A stretch of DNA of 64,000 nt from Candidatus Zhuqueibacterota bacterium (GTDB lineage Bacteria; BS750m-G25), in assembly GCA_016783505.1 (NCBI GenBank), contig JADHWK010000008.1:627-64626 (forward strand), in the 5' to 3' direction. The notes under the pieces are model-generated. The model made no database searches. It was not told where the DNA came from and saw nothing but the letters and a program-made list of their open reading frames with translations. Made by a program: the position numbers and the translations under genes. Each line of letters starts with the position of its first letter. Position 1 is the stretch's first letter. This document shows positions 49,947-59,966 of this stretch, piece by piece.

Positions 49947-50822
49947 ATGGCTAATGTATTAGAGGTCAAATTTAAGGGATCCCGGCGGGGATTTTATCTC
50001 AATCCCCAGGGATTTCCCTTCCGGATTGGGGATTACGCCATCGTTCAGGCGGAAAAAGGGGAGGATCTGGGAACGGTGGTCTACAAGGGGGATGCCGAGA
50101 GCTGCTGGCGTAAGTTGAACGGGGTTACTGCAGAGTTACTGCGCAAGCCCACCACTAAGGACCTTGAGGCGTTGCGGAAAAACCGGGATCGTGAACGGGG
50201 GGCGTTCCAAGTGTGCCGGGACTTAATCTCCCGACACGGAATGGAGATGAAGCTGGTGGACGTGGAGTTCCAATTCGACGGTAAGAAAGTGACCTTTTAC
50301 TTCACCGCCGAGGGCCGGGTGGACTTTCGGGAACTGGTTAAAGACCTGGCGGCTGTCTACCGCTCCCGGATTGAGATGCACCAGATCGGGGTGCGGGACG
50401 AGGCCAAACGGGTTGGGGGCCTGGGCCCCTGTGGCTGTCCGCTGTGCTGCGCCTCCTTCCTGACCGAATTCCGGCCGGTCACCATGCAGATGGTAAAGGA
50501 CCAAAACCTGCCTCCCAATCCCGGCAAAAACTCAGGGCTCTGCGGCCGGCTCTTCTGTTGCCTGCTATATGAAGAAGGCTTTTATCAGGAGGAAATGAAG
50601 AAATACCCACCGCTGGATGCAATTCTGGAGACCAAACATGGTTCGGGAAGGGTGGAAAAATTGGACATCTTCAAAGAGCTGGTTTATGTTCGGTACGGGG
50701 AGGAGGAATATGAAGTCCTGGGGCGGGAGGAAGCAAACCGATTGTATAGGAATAACCCCGAGAAAACAGAAGTCCCCATTGAACCCGAAAATGAAAACAA
50801 TAAAAACAAGGTAACTGTTTAG
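49947..50822 (+). CDS. ricT: PSP1/RicT (YaaT) family protein
   Basis: 'FYFTAEGRVDFRELVKDLA', 'GPCGCPLCC' and 'SGLCGRLFCCL'. Confidence 0.88.
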   Translation: MANVLEVKFKGSRRGFYLNPQGFPFRIGDYAIVQAEKGEDLGTVVYKGDAESCWRKLNGVTAELLRKPTTKDLEALRKNRDRERGAFQVCRDLISRHGMEMKLVDVEFQFDGKKVTFYFTAEGRVDFRELVKDLAAVYRSRIEMHQIGVRDEAKRVGGLGPCGCPLCCASFLTEFRPVTMQMVKDQNLPPNPGKNSGLCGRLFCCLLYEEGFYQEEMKKYPPLDAILETKHGSGRVEKLDIFKELVYVRYGEEEYEVLGREEANRLYRNNPEKTEVPIEPENENNKNKVTV

Positions 50823-51131
50823 ATATCCGTTAAGCTTCGGACTGATCCGTCAGGAGCCCGACTCATTGGATTTACTGATATAAATTTATTAATACAGTAA
50901 TTTGTTGTTCTAGGGGAAAAGCGATAGAGTTACCCCTTGAGGTTTAAATATCCGGCTTAGTTCATCTAAAAGAGTACCCGTACCCCGAATTCTTGGGGTG
51001 CGAACAAGCCGCAAACCTGAAGCCTGCTACACAAAAACTTGGGGGTGGTATTTATTCGAAAAGGGGGTTGAGTTTGTTTGTATCCATAGAAGAACTAAGT
51101 TTCAAAATTCTAAAAAAGGTCAAAGAAATAT

Positions 51132-53027
51132 ATGAAATCCGATAAATTTTACATCACCACCCCCATCTATTATGTCAATGATGAACCCCACATCGGCCAT
51201 GCCTATACCACCGTCCTGGCCGATGTGCTGGCCCGCTACCATCGCCTGTTCGGCCAGAGGGTTTTCTTCCTGACCGGGGTGGACGAGCACGGCCAGAAGC
51301 TAAAGGAGGCGGCCCAGGCAGCCGGCCAGGACCCCCAGGCCTTCTGCGACCGGATGGTGGGGCGGTTTCTGGCCACCTGGAAGAAGCTCAACATAACTAA
51401 CGACGACTTTATCCGCACCACTTCAGATCGCCATAAAAAAGTCGTCCGCCATATCCTGTCAGAAATCTACCGGAAGGGGGAAATCTATACCGGTCAATAC
51501 GAAGGGTGGTACTGTGTTCCCGAAGAGCGTTTCTGGACCGAGAAGGACCTGATGGATGGAAATTGCCCCTCATGCGGTCGCGGGGTCAAACGGATCGCTG
51601 AGAGAAATTACTTCTTCCGAATGGGCAAATATCAGGACTGGCTCATTGGGTACATCCAGGATCACCCCTCTTTCATCCAACCTGCGACCCGGCGCAACGA
51701 GGTGCTGGGGTTTCTGAACCGGCCCCTAGGGGATCTGTGCATCTCCCGGCCCAGGAAGCGCTTGAGCTGGGGCATCCCCCTGCCCTTCGACCCCGACTAC
51801 GTGACCTATGTCTGGTTTGACGCCCTGATTAATTACGTCTCAGCAATCGGCTACGACACAGACGATTCGGCCTTTCAGCGCTGGTGGCCGGCCACATATC
51901 ACCTTATCGGTAAGGACATCCTCACCACCCATTGCGTGTACTGGCCCACCATGCTGAAGGCGGCGGGTATTCCCCTGCCCGAGACGGTCTTTGCCCACGG
52001 ATGGTGGCTCATTAAAGAAACCAAGATGTCCAAGTCCCTGGGGAACGTGGTGCGACCCCTTGAGCTGGCTGACAGATATGGTGTGGACCCGCTGAGGTAT
52101 TTTTTGATGCGAGAGATGGTGCTGGGGCAGGATGCCTCCTTCAGCGAGGAGGCCTTTAGGGGCCGCTACGACTCGGATCTGGCCAACGATCTGGGCAACC
52201 TGGTCAGCCGACTTAATAGGATGGTTGCCAGCTATTTTGACGGTAAAATTCCATCTAAGGGTGGCCGTCCTGCCGTAAACGAACTGGTGAACCAGACCCT
52301 CCGAACCCCTAAGGGGGTGAAGGAATTAGTGGAAGGTCTTAAGGTCAACCAGGCGGTGGAGACGGTTCTAAACCTTATTCGCCGGACCAATAAATATCTT
52401 GAGGATGAGGCCCCCTGGAAATTAATTCGGGTTGACCGGGAGAGGACCGCGGGGGTACTCTACAACGCACTGGAGGCTCTGCGGATTGCTGTCTATTTGC
52501 TCTATCCGATAATGCCCTCCAAGATGGGAGAACTGTTGGATTGGCTTGGCGTTAGCCCCTCAGCCGTCCGATTTGACCAGGATCTGGTATGGGGGAAGTT
52601 GACCCCGGGCCGGACCCTTTCGGACCGGGGAGCGCTCTTTCCCCGGATCGGCACTAAAGAAATCAGAGTACCTATTGGTAAGCAGATAAAGGAGGAACTC
52701 CAGGAAATGATTACCATTGAAGATTTCAAGATGGTGGACTTACGGGTAGCCCGGGTAGTCAGTGCTGAACGGGTTCCAGGAGCTGACAAATTGTTGAAAA
52801 TTAAGATAGACCTGGGAACCGAGCAACGGCAGATCGTGGCCGGAATTGCTGAACATTATACCCCCGAGGACCTGGTGGGAAAAGACATCGCCGTGGTGAT
52901 TAACCTGAAGCCGGCCCGCATCCGGGGAGTTGAGTCTAATGGAATGCTGCTGGCAGCCGAGGACAAGGATGGGGTAGTCCTGGTCACCCTCGACCAACCC
53001 ACCCAGAGCGGGACGAAAATAAGCTAA
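51132..53027 (+). CDS. metG: Methionine--tRNA ligase with C-terminal tRNA-binding domain
   Basis: PHIGH, KMSKS, YVWFDAL and C-terminal 'RQIVAGI...SNGMLL'. Confidence 0.97.
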   Translation: MKSDKFYITTPIYYVNDEPHIGHAYTTVLADVLARYHRLFGQRVFFLTGVDEHGQKLKEAAQAAGQDPQAFCDRMVGRFLATWKKLNITNDDFIRTTSDRHKKVVRHILSEIYRKGEIYTGQYEGWYCVPEERFWTEKDLMDGNCPSCGRGVKRIAERNYFFRMGKYQDWLIGYIQDHPSFIQPATRRNEVLGFLNRPLGDLCISRPRKRLSWGIPLPFDPDYVTYVWFDALINYVSAIGYDTDDSAFQRWWPATYHLIGKDILTTHCVYWPTMLKAAGIPLPETVFAHGWWLIKETKMSKSLGNVVRPLELADRYGVDPLRYFLMREMVLGQDASFSEEAFRGRYDSDLANDLGNLVSRLNRMVASYFDGKIPSKGGRPAVNELVNQTLRTPKGVKELVEGLKVNQAVETVLNLIRRTNKYLEDEAPWKLIRVDRERTAGVLYNALEALRIAVYLLYPIMPSKMGELLDWLGVSPSAVRFDQDLVWGKLTPGRTLSDRGALFPRIGTKEIRVPIGKQIKEELQEMITIEDFKMVDLRVARVVSAERVPGADKLLKIKIDLGTEQRQIVAGIAEHYTPEDLVGKDIAVVINLKPARIRGVESNGMLLAAEDKDGVVLVTLDQPTQSGTKIS

Positions 53028-53166
53028 TCGCTAAATTGGAATTATGGGAATGATTAGATGAATCGGACTTTATATAATTACTTGCACCAACCAAAAAAGT
53101 TGGTGATGTCCTACTATGGTGATAATTTCCGTTCCATCGTTCTTTAATTTATAAACGAATGGTTTG

Positions 53167-53937
53167 ATGTTCATTGACACCCACGCCCACTTGGATTTTC
53201 CCGAATTTGAGAATGACCGTGAAGAAGTCTCAAAGAGGGCGTTTGAAGGAGGGGTGGATGCGGTTCTCACCGTGGGGACCGACCTTCCTTCCAGCCGGAA
53301 GTCAGTGGAACTTGCCCACCGCTACGAAAGGGTTTTCGCTGCCGTGGGGGTTCATCCCCATGAGGCTGACCGGGTTACGGATGATGAGATCGTCGAGCTT
53401 GAGGAACTGAGCCATCATCCCTGGGTGGTGGCCATCGGTGAAGTGGGACTGGATTACTACCGGGGCTACGCCCAGCCCCGGAATCAAAAGGCCTTATTTC
53501 GGAAGATGATCGGGCTAGCTAACAGGAGAGGCCTTCCCTTGATTATCCACAATCGAAACGCCCACCGGGACGTGATCGCCATCTTAAATGAGGAGATGAC
53601 CGAGTCGTTAAGGGGGGTTTTCCACTGCTTTTCCGGTGACGAAGCCTTCCTGCAGAAGGTCCTGGACCTGAATTTTCTCGTTTCCTTCACGGGAAATATT
53701 ACCTATAAAAACACCCCATTAGTCCCGGTAGTGGGGATGGTTCCCCTGGAAAAAATATTGCTGGAGACCGATGCTCCCTTTCTGGCCCCGGAGGGGCGGC
53801 GGGGAAAGCGCAATGAACCCGCCTGGGTGGTGGAGGTCGCCCAGAAGATAGCCGGGATAAAAGGGATTTCACTTGAAGAGGTGGGCAGGGTTACTTCTGA
53901 GAATGCCCGCAGACTCTTCCGATTTTGGAATAAATAA
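53167..53937 (+). CDS. tatD: TatD-family nuclease
   Basis: DTHAHL, GEVGLD, IHNR, VFHCF and LETDAP. Confidence 0.93.
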   Translation: MFIDTHAHLDFPEFENDREEVSKRAFEGGVDAVLTVGTDLPSSRKSVELAHRYERVFAAVGVHPHEADRVTDDEIVELEELSHHPWVVAIGEVGLDYYRGYAQPRNQKALFRKMIGLANRRGLPLIIHNRNAHRDVIAILNEEMTESLRGVFHCFSGDEAFLQKVLDLNFLVSFTGNITYKNTPLVPVVGMVPLEKILLETDAPFLAPEGRRGKRNEPAWVVEVAQKIAGIKGISLEEVGRVTSENARRLFRFWNK

Positions 53938-54001
53938 GTGGCAATCGAAGATCTTATAAAGAGATTCTCTAGAATAGATTATAAAAAGAAAGGGTTTCAC
54001 C

Positions 54002-55237
54002 TTGGGGAGCAAAAAGAAGGCTTTCAGTAGACGCGAATTCATTTCTAGAACCCTTTCTGGTATGGCTTCCGTTGGATTGTTGGGCGTTTCAGGGAAGGCG
54101 ATATCATCTATTGGAAGGGAGCAATTAGGACAATACTCCGGCAAGGAGATTATTTACCGTACCCTTGGAAGGACAGGGATCAGGATGCCGGTGGTCAATA
54201 TGGGCGTGATGAATGCGGATAATCCTGCCCTCGTAAAAAGGTCGTATGAAATCGGGGTCCGCCATTTTGATACGGCTGCCTCGTATCAGCGTGGTCGAAA
54301 TGAGGAGATGTTAGGAAATGCTATTAAGGAGTTGAATGTCCGCGATAAGATTACTATCGGCACAAAAATTTACATTCCTCATCAACAGCGGGGAATGCCC
54401 CCTGAGCAGGCGAAGGAAACATACTTAAATGTAGCGGAGGAAAGTCTCAAACGGTTGCAAACCGATTATGTTGACATCCTGTATTCCCATAACGTGAGTA
54501 ACATTGAGTATCTAAACAACCCGGGTATCCAAGCGGCGTTGCAGCTTTTGAAAAAGCAGAAGAAGGCCCGTTTCATTGGGTTCACCACACATTCCAATAT
54601 GGCTGAATGTATTAATGAAGCAGCCCGAACAGGTTTTTACGATGTGGTTCTGACTACTTTCAACTACTCTATGAGTGATAATAAAGAGGTGAAAAATTCA
54701 ATAAAAAATGCGGCTTCAAAGGGAATAGGCATTATTGCCATGAAAACCCAATGCAGCCAGTACTGGTATCGAGAAAACGTGCCCAGCGCCAGCCAGAAGT
54801 TTTATGAAGGAAAGATCATGCATAAGGCAGTTCTCAAATGGGTGTTGCGACACGAATATATTACCACTGCTGTACCAGGATATACAACCTTTCAACAGAT
54901 GGATGAGGATTTTCCTGTGGCTTATGATCTCGAATATACTCCAGAAGAAAAAAAGTTTCTCAAAGACCGAAATGTAAAACTCTCGATGGGATATTGCCAG
55001 CAGTGCTATCGCTGCGTGCCTACTTGCCCAAATGAAGTAGACATACCGACACTCATGCGAACACACATGTATGCCGCCTGTTATTCTAATTTTTATCAGG
55101 CACGTGATACACTCGATGGCATTCCCAGCGGGAAAAGCCTGCAGGCTTGTGCCTCTTGTAGTACATGCACAGCAAGCTGTGTCAACCGAATTGATATTGC
55201 GAAAAGAATTGATGAGTTAAAGACAATCTATACTTGA
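54002..55237 (+). CDS. Tat-exported aldo/keto reductase with a C-terminal Fe-S domain
   Basis: SRREFI Tat motif; FDTAASY; LQTDYVD; CQQCYRCVPTCP and CASCSTCTASC. Confidence 0.85.
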   Translation: MGSKKKAFSRREFISRTLSGMASVGLLGVSGKAISSIGREQLGQYSGKEIIYRTLGRTGIRMPVVNMGVMNADNPALVKRSYEIGVRHFDTAASYQRGRNEEMLGNAIKELNVRDKITIGTKIYIPHQQRGMPPEQAKETYLNVAEESLKRLQTDYVDILYSHNVSNIEYLNNPGIQAALQLLKKQKKARFIGFTTHSNMAECINEAARTGFYDVVLTTFNYSMSDNKEVKNSIKNAASKGIGIIAMKTQCSQYWYRENVPSASQKFYEGKIMHKAVLKWVLRHEYITTAVPGYTTFQQMDEDFPVAYDLEYTPEEKKFLKDRNVKLSMGYCQQCYRCVPTCPNEVDIPTLMRTHMYAACYSNFYQARDTLDGIPSGKSLQACASCSTCTASCVNRIDIAKRIDELKTIYT

Positions 55238-55289
55238 GAATTACGTAAATGTGTCATCTGATTTTATTTTTGTAATTTATGGAAGAGAA

Positions 55290-56216
55290 ATGATGAGACG
55301 ACTACCTTTTTTACGAAAATACCCAAGTCTTATTTTTACTTTCTTTTTCTTAACACATTTATCCCTGGTATTAGGGCAGGTATCATGTTTTTCCAAAGCT
55401 GGAGAACCATCAGAACTTTTTCCTGAAATAAGGGGATGGAAAAAATCGGCAGACATTCAGGTTTACGGTCCTGAAATCCTCTATGAATATATCAATGGCG
55501 CAGCGGAGCTCTATCTTAGCTATGATTTTCAGGAACTGCAGGTAGCCGAATACCTTGACGAAAACGAAGCCTCAGTGCTTGTTGAAATTTATCGCCATAA
55601 AACACCCGTTCATGCCTTTGGCATCTACAGTAGGGAACGGCCAACCCAGGGGAATTTTTTAAATATCGGTGCTCATGGTTATATTGAAGTGCCGATTCTC
55701 AACTTCTTGACAGCGAACTATTATGTGAAGATAAGCAGCTACAATGTGGGGGCTAAATCTAAGGAAGTCTTGCAAACTTTTGCAAAGAAGGTGGCTGAAA
55801 ATTTGGGGGGTAAAGCATCATTACCAAAGGTTCTCACCTGTTTCCCCAATAATGGGAAAGTACAGAATTCTGAAAAATTCATTTCAAAAAACTTTTTGGG
55901 TTACGAATTTTTACATTCTGGTTTCACAGCCGATTATGACGATGTCAATGGGACATTTAAGCTTTTTATCATTGAAGGGGCTGATCGGCAAGATTGCGAG
56001 GAGATGCTACGACAGTATATGCAATTCACCCGAGATTCTCAAAGAAATTTGAAAGAAGGTCTGTATACACTTTCAGATCCTTATCATGAAGACATTGCCC
56101 TTTTTTGGAAAGGGAAATACATTTGGGGCGTCTTGAATCTTGCTGAAGCCAATCTTCGATCAAAATATCTGAAATCTATTGAAGAGCATTTGCGAAAGGA
56201 AATGTTGATCGAATAG
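55290..56216 (+). CDS. DUF6599-like exported protein
   Basis: 'LYEYINGAAELY' and 'AFGIYS.ERP' motifs. Confidence 0.7.
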   Translation: MMRRLPFLRKYPSLIFTFFFLTHLSLVLGQVSCFSKAGEPSELFPEIRGWKKSADIQVYGPEILYEYINGAAELYLSYDFQELQVAEYLDENEASVLVEIYRHKTPVHAFGIYSRERPTQGNFLNIGAHGYIEVPILNFLTANYYVKISSYNVGAKSKEVLQTFAKKVAENLGGKASLPKVLTCFPNNGKVQNSEKFISKNFLGYEFLHSGFTADYDDVNGTFKLFIIEGADRQDCEEMLRQYMQFTRDSQRNLKEGLYTLSDPYHEDIALFWKGKYIWGVLNLAEANLRSKYLKSIEEHLRKEMLIE

Positions 56217-56279
56217 AAAAGGAGAGATCCATTAAGGAAAATTTTTCAATCAATCAAAAATTAAAAGCGGGGAGGAATC

Positions 56280-56501
56280 ATGAAAAAGAAAAACAGGGGT
56301 TATATACCCCTGCTTATACTCACGATTTTATTCACGCTTGCATCCGTATTAACAATTATTCCTAATGCATCTATAAGTAAAGAATGTTTATTGGGATACA
56401 AGGCCCTCTGTTCTTTCACGCCAGTAAGCACCATAATATTAATTATAGCTGCTGGAATAACATGCTCACTAAGAAAAAGGAAGTTTATGGAAAACATTTA
56501 G
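56280..56501 (+). CDS. Small membrane protein
   Basis: GGAGG RBS, two TM segments, 'CLLGYKALCSFTP'. Confidence 0.6.
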   Translation: MKKKNRGYIPLLILTILFTLASVLTIIPNASISKECLLGYKALCSFTPVSTIILIIAAGITCSLRKRKFMENI

Positions 56502-56632
56502 TTTTGAAGGATGATATGCTATATCAATGCCATAAAAGAAGTGTGGATGTAATAACTGGCTCTACCACCAACAGCAAGTGTCTGATGAAGGCCGTCGAAA
56601 ACGCTCTCGCGAATCGGACGCAGTTAAAATAA
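56500..56632 (+). pseudogene. C-terminal remnant of an FMN-binding domain
   Basis: VDVITGSTTNSKCLMKAVENAL (DxxTGAT-type motif) without a plausible N-terminus. Confidence 0.6.
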
Positions 56633-56827
56633 GAAAGGAATTTTACAAAAAGAAGTGGGCAGGATTACCTCTGACAACGCCCGTAAACCCTTCAGATTGG
56701 GAATTAGGGGTAATCATACATGATTATAATGGCGTAGCAAAGCGGGATTGGAAATAGTTTATGTTGCAGACTTATTAATTATCTATCATATCCAGTAATA
56801 GTAAATAGAGTTTGAAGATAATAAAGG

Positions 56828-57091
56828 ATGGAAATCCAAATTGATCCCCACACTCTGGAACGTGCCGAGGAACGCGGCACGAACGAAGAGGAAATTAAAA
56901 ACGTGATCAATACAGGTTTCCCCATTCCAGCGAAGTATGGCCGCACAGGGAAAGCCAAAGTCTATGATTTCAAACAGAAGCGACACGGCAAGTATTACGA
57001 GCAAAAGAGAGTGGAGGCTATCTACACCATAGAAAGGGATGTTATAATAACCGTGACGATCTATGTCTTTTACGGAAAATGGGAGGGATAA
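56828..57091 (+). CDS. DUF4258-like putative toxin
   Basis: 'HTLERAEERG' N-terminus and 'VITVTIY' C-terminus; directly upstream of DUF2283. Confidence 0.7.
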   Translation: MEIQIDPHTLERAEERGTNEEEIKNVINTGFPIPAKYGRTGKAKVYDFKQKRHGKYYEQKRVEAIYTIERDVIITVTIYVFYGKWEG

Positions 57092-57092
57092 G

Positions 57093-57296
57093 ATGCAGAT
57101 CCTGTATAACGTTAAGACCGACTTACTTTACTTTCGCCTGGATGACCGGAAGCAGAAGGTGCTTAACAAGCGACTCTCCGAAGATATTGTGCTGGACTTG
57201 GGGGAAGATAACAGAATTGTGGGCATCGAAATTCTTGATGCTTCCAAGCATCTGAATCTGGAGAAGTTATTGCCTGTGAAATACGAGGCTGTGTAA
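57093..57296 (+). CDS. DUF2283 putative antitoxin
   Basis: 'Y...DLLYF' and 'IVGIEILDASK' signature; GGAGG RBS. Confidence 0.8.
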   Translation: MQILYNVKTDLLYFRLDDRKQKVLNKRLSEDIVLDLGEDNRIVGIEILDASKHLNLEKLLPVKYEAV

Positions 57297-57365
57297 GGCG
57301 GGCTGACTACGGCAGATAACAGGTGAGCCTGCCCAAAAACCCTCTGAAAGTGGTTAATTTTCATT

Positions 57366-58184
57366 ATGGCCTGGATTGAACCCAAGAAGAGCTTAGGTCA
57401 GCATTTTCTGGTGGACAAGAACATCGCCGGCAAGATCGTCGCTTCCCTGGATTTGTCAGCCACCGACCGGGTGTTGGAGATCGGTCCCGGAAAGGGAATT
57501 CTAACGACCTATCTTGTTAAGCAAGCAGGACAAGTATTTTCTGTGGAAATAGACGGGCGGTTGGTAACTTTTTTACATAACATTTTTGGTGACTGGCAAA
57601 ACTTATCGGTCATCCACGAGGATTTCGTACGATTTGATTTCGCCCCTCTACTGGGGGACGGGGACCTGAAGGTGATCGGAAATATCCCCTACCATCTCAC
57701 CTCGGCCATTCTGTTCAAGATTTTTAATGGGATTAAGAATTGGGGGAAAGTAAAGGGGAAAGTCCACAGCCTAACTATTATGGTACAGAGGGAGGTGGCC
57801 CAGCGGATCGTGGCCTCCCCAGGATGTAAAGATTACGGAATCTTATCGGTGTTCTCCCGGTATTACGGTGACCCTGAGGTTCTCTTCGTCGTTCTCCCGG
57901 GTGCTTTTCGTCCCCGACCTAAGGTTGAATCGGCGGTGGTGCGAGTGACTTTTGAGGGGAACAAAGTCCGTCCCCGGGATTTTGATCTGTTCAACCGCAT
58001 CGTCAGGACCGGCTTCGGCCAGCGGAGGAAGATGTTGAAGAATTCATTGCAGTCCATAATTGGGGATCTGGACCTAAAAAAGATTGATTTTGACTTTCAG
58101 CTACGGCCCGAGCGGTTATCAGTGGAAGACTTCGTCCTTCTCAGTGACCAGATCGGTGCCCAGTTAGGCAATTCGTCGGATTAA
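57366..58184 (+). CDS. rsmA: 16S rRNA m6,2A dimethyltransferase
   Basis: KSLGQHFL, LEIGPG, GNIPY and QREVA. Confidence 0.96.
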   Translation: MAWIEPKKSLGQHFLVDKNIAGKIVASLDLSATDRVLEIGPGKGILTTYLVKQAGQVFSVEIDGRLVTFLHNIFGDWQNLSVIHEDFVRFDFAPLLGDGDLKVIGNIPYHLTSAILFKIFNGIKNWGKVKGKVHSLTIMVQREVAQRIVASPGCKDYGILSVFSRYYGDPEVLFVVLPGAFRPRPKVESAVVRVTFEGNKVRPRDFDLFNRIVRTGFGQRRKMLKNSLQSIIGDLDLKKIDFDFQLRPERLSVEDFVLLSDQIGAQLGNSSD

Positions 58185-58187
58185 GCC

Positions 58188-59534
58188 ATGACCGAAGAAA
58201 TCAAAAAAGAACATATTAAAGTTATTCAGGGACTTATTGCAGAGGGAAAATCCCTTGAGGTAAGGACTAGACTAAAGGATATGCATCCCGCCGATGTGGC
58301 TGACCTGCTTGAGAACCTAAATGAGGCTGACCGGAACTACGTTTTCAGGCTGCTGGATAAGGAGCAGGCTTCGGAGGTGGTGCTGGAGCTAGAGGAGGTC
58401 CACCGGGATCGGTTGTTGGATCAGCTGGATCCCAAGCAGATCTCCCGACTGGTGGACGGGATGGAGTCCGACGATGCCGCTGACATCGTTGCCGAGCTGG
58501 AGGCGGGGGTGGCCGATCAGGTTCTCGCCGCCATCGGGAGAAGGGCCCGGGAGGAGGTGCAGGCCCTGCTGGGGTTCGCCGAGGAGACGGCCGGAGCCAT
58601 CATGGCCAAGGAGATGGTGGCCGTCAAACGGGACTCCACCCAGGCCCAGGCTATCCAGGAGATCCGCCGCCAGGCCCAGGAAATGGAGGAGGTCTACTAC
58701 GTCTTCGTGGTTGACGACGAGCAGAAATTGGTGGGCATCGTTTCGCTTAAGGATCTCATCATTGCCGAGCCGCAGCAACGGGTCGGCGACCTGATGAACC
58801 CCGATGTCATCTATGCCCAAGTTGATCAGGATCAGGAGGAGGTAGCCCATCTGGTCCGGAAATACGATTTGGCCTCCGTCCCCGTGGTGGACAATGGGGG
58901 ACGTCTGGTGGGTCGGATCACCGTTGACGACATTGTGGATGTGATTGATGAGGAGGCCGCCGAGGATATATCACTAATGGCGGGGACCGAGGAAGATCAC
59001 CGGGAAACCTCCGTCTTCCGTATTACCCGGCAGCGGCTCCCCTGGCTGGTGGTGGGCCTGCTGGGGGGAATCATCGCGGCTTTGGTAATGAGCCGGTTTG
59101 AGCTCTCTCTGGAAAAGGTGTTAGCCTTAGCCTTCTTCGTGCCGGTGGTCACCGCCATGGGGGGGAACATCGGGGTGCAGTCCTCATCCATCGTGGTGCG
59201 GGGACTGGCGGCCGGGGAGATTGGTCTCTCCGGGATGAAGGGGAGATTGTTCCGGGAAATCCGGGTGGCCTTGATTAACGGGCTGCTTCTGGGTACCCTC
59301 ATCTTCATCATTATTGACCTTTGGCTAGGTCGATACGACATCGGGTTGGCGGTGGGCACCGCTTTGGTCGTCAATATTTTAATCGCCTCGCTGTTGGGCA
59401 GCAATGTCCCCATTCTGCTAAAAAAGCTGAACATTGATCCGGCCTTAGCCATGGGTCCCTTCGTCACCACCGCCAATGACATCATCGGCCTTTTTATCTA
59501 TCTGGGTATTGCGACGCTGTTTTTAATCCACTGA
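58188..59534 (+). CDS. mgtE: Magnesium transporter MgtE
   Basis: HPADVA, tandem CBS domains, RLPWL, MGGNIGVQS, DPALAMGPFVTTAND. Confidence 0.95.
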   Translation: MTEEIKKEHIKVIQGLIAEGKSLEVRTRLKDMHPADVADLLENLNEADRNYVFRLLDKEQASEVVLELEEVHRDRLLDQLDPKQISRLVDGMESDDAADIVAELEAGVADQVLAAIGRRAREEVQALLGFAEETAGAIMAKEMVAVKRDSTQAQAIQEIRRQAQEMEEVYYVFVVDDEQKLVGIVSLKDLIIAEPQQRVGDLMNPDVIYAQVDQDQEEVAHLVRKYDLASVPVVDNGGRLVGRITVDDIVDVIDEEAAEDISLMAGTEEDHRETSVFRITRQRLPWLVVGLLGGIIAALVMSRFELSLEKVLALAFFVPVVTAMGGNIGVQSSSIVVRGLAAGEIGLSGMKGRLFREIRVALINGLLLGTLIFIIIDLWLGRYDIGLAVGTALVVNILIASLLGSNVPILLKKLNIDPALAMGPFVTTANDIIGLFIYLGIATLFLIH

Positions 59535-59539
59535 GGCAT

Positions 59540-59907
59540 TGAAAAATCCGATCAGTCCGGCGCCTGCCGGAAGCACGATCCCGAACATTCGGGACGAAAC
59601 AAATAAAAATGGCCAATCCCGATGCTTCGGGACAAAATCCGAAACAGGCAATAAAAATGACAACCGGAGTTACCCGTTTATCCAGACGGATCCGTATGGA
59701 CGGGTTTATAATATAATAAACCGCTGAAGCGGTAACTCCGATCCGAAATTCGAGCCCTAAACAAAATCCAAAACAATGTGATTTATGTGAATAACGTTTT
59801 GAATCTGCCTGCGGCGGAATATTTGAATTTTGAGCTTGTTTCGAATTTCGACCCGCCTGCCTCACCCTGTGGGTGGCGGGCAGGTATTCGAATTTCGGAT
59901 TTATTTA
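59540..59907. repeat. Tandem MITE-like non-coding elements
   Basis: Perfect ATCCGAAATTCGA/TCGAATTTCGGAT inverted repeat around 59740-59902, plus nested palindromes. Confidence 0.62.
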
Positions 59908-59966
59908 GATTTGATCATTACGCATTACTGAAAAACTGATGTCCTACCCTAATTTTACAGCGTTCG

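Noticed and set aside
56640-57345. attC-like borders around the DUF4258/DUF2283 pair
   Set aside because: Only weak hairpins are present, with no paired core sites.
59494-59865. ORFs 59494-59865 and 59539-59727 (also 49778-49969, 24991-25185)
   Set aside because: These are translations of the non-coding MITE-like repeats.
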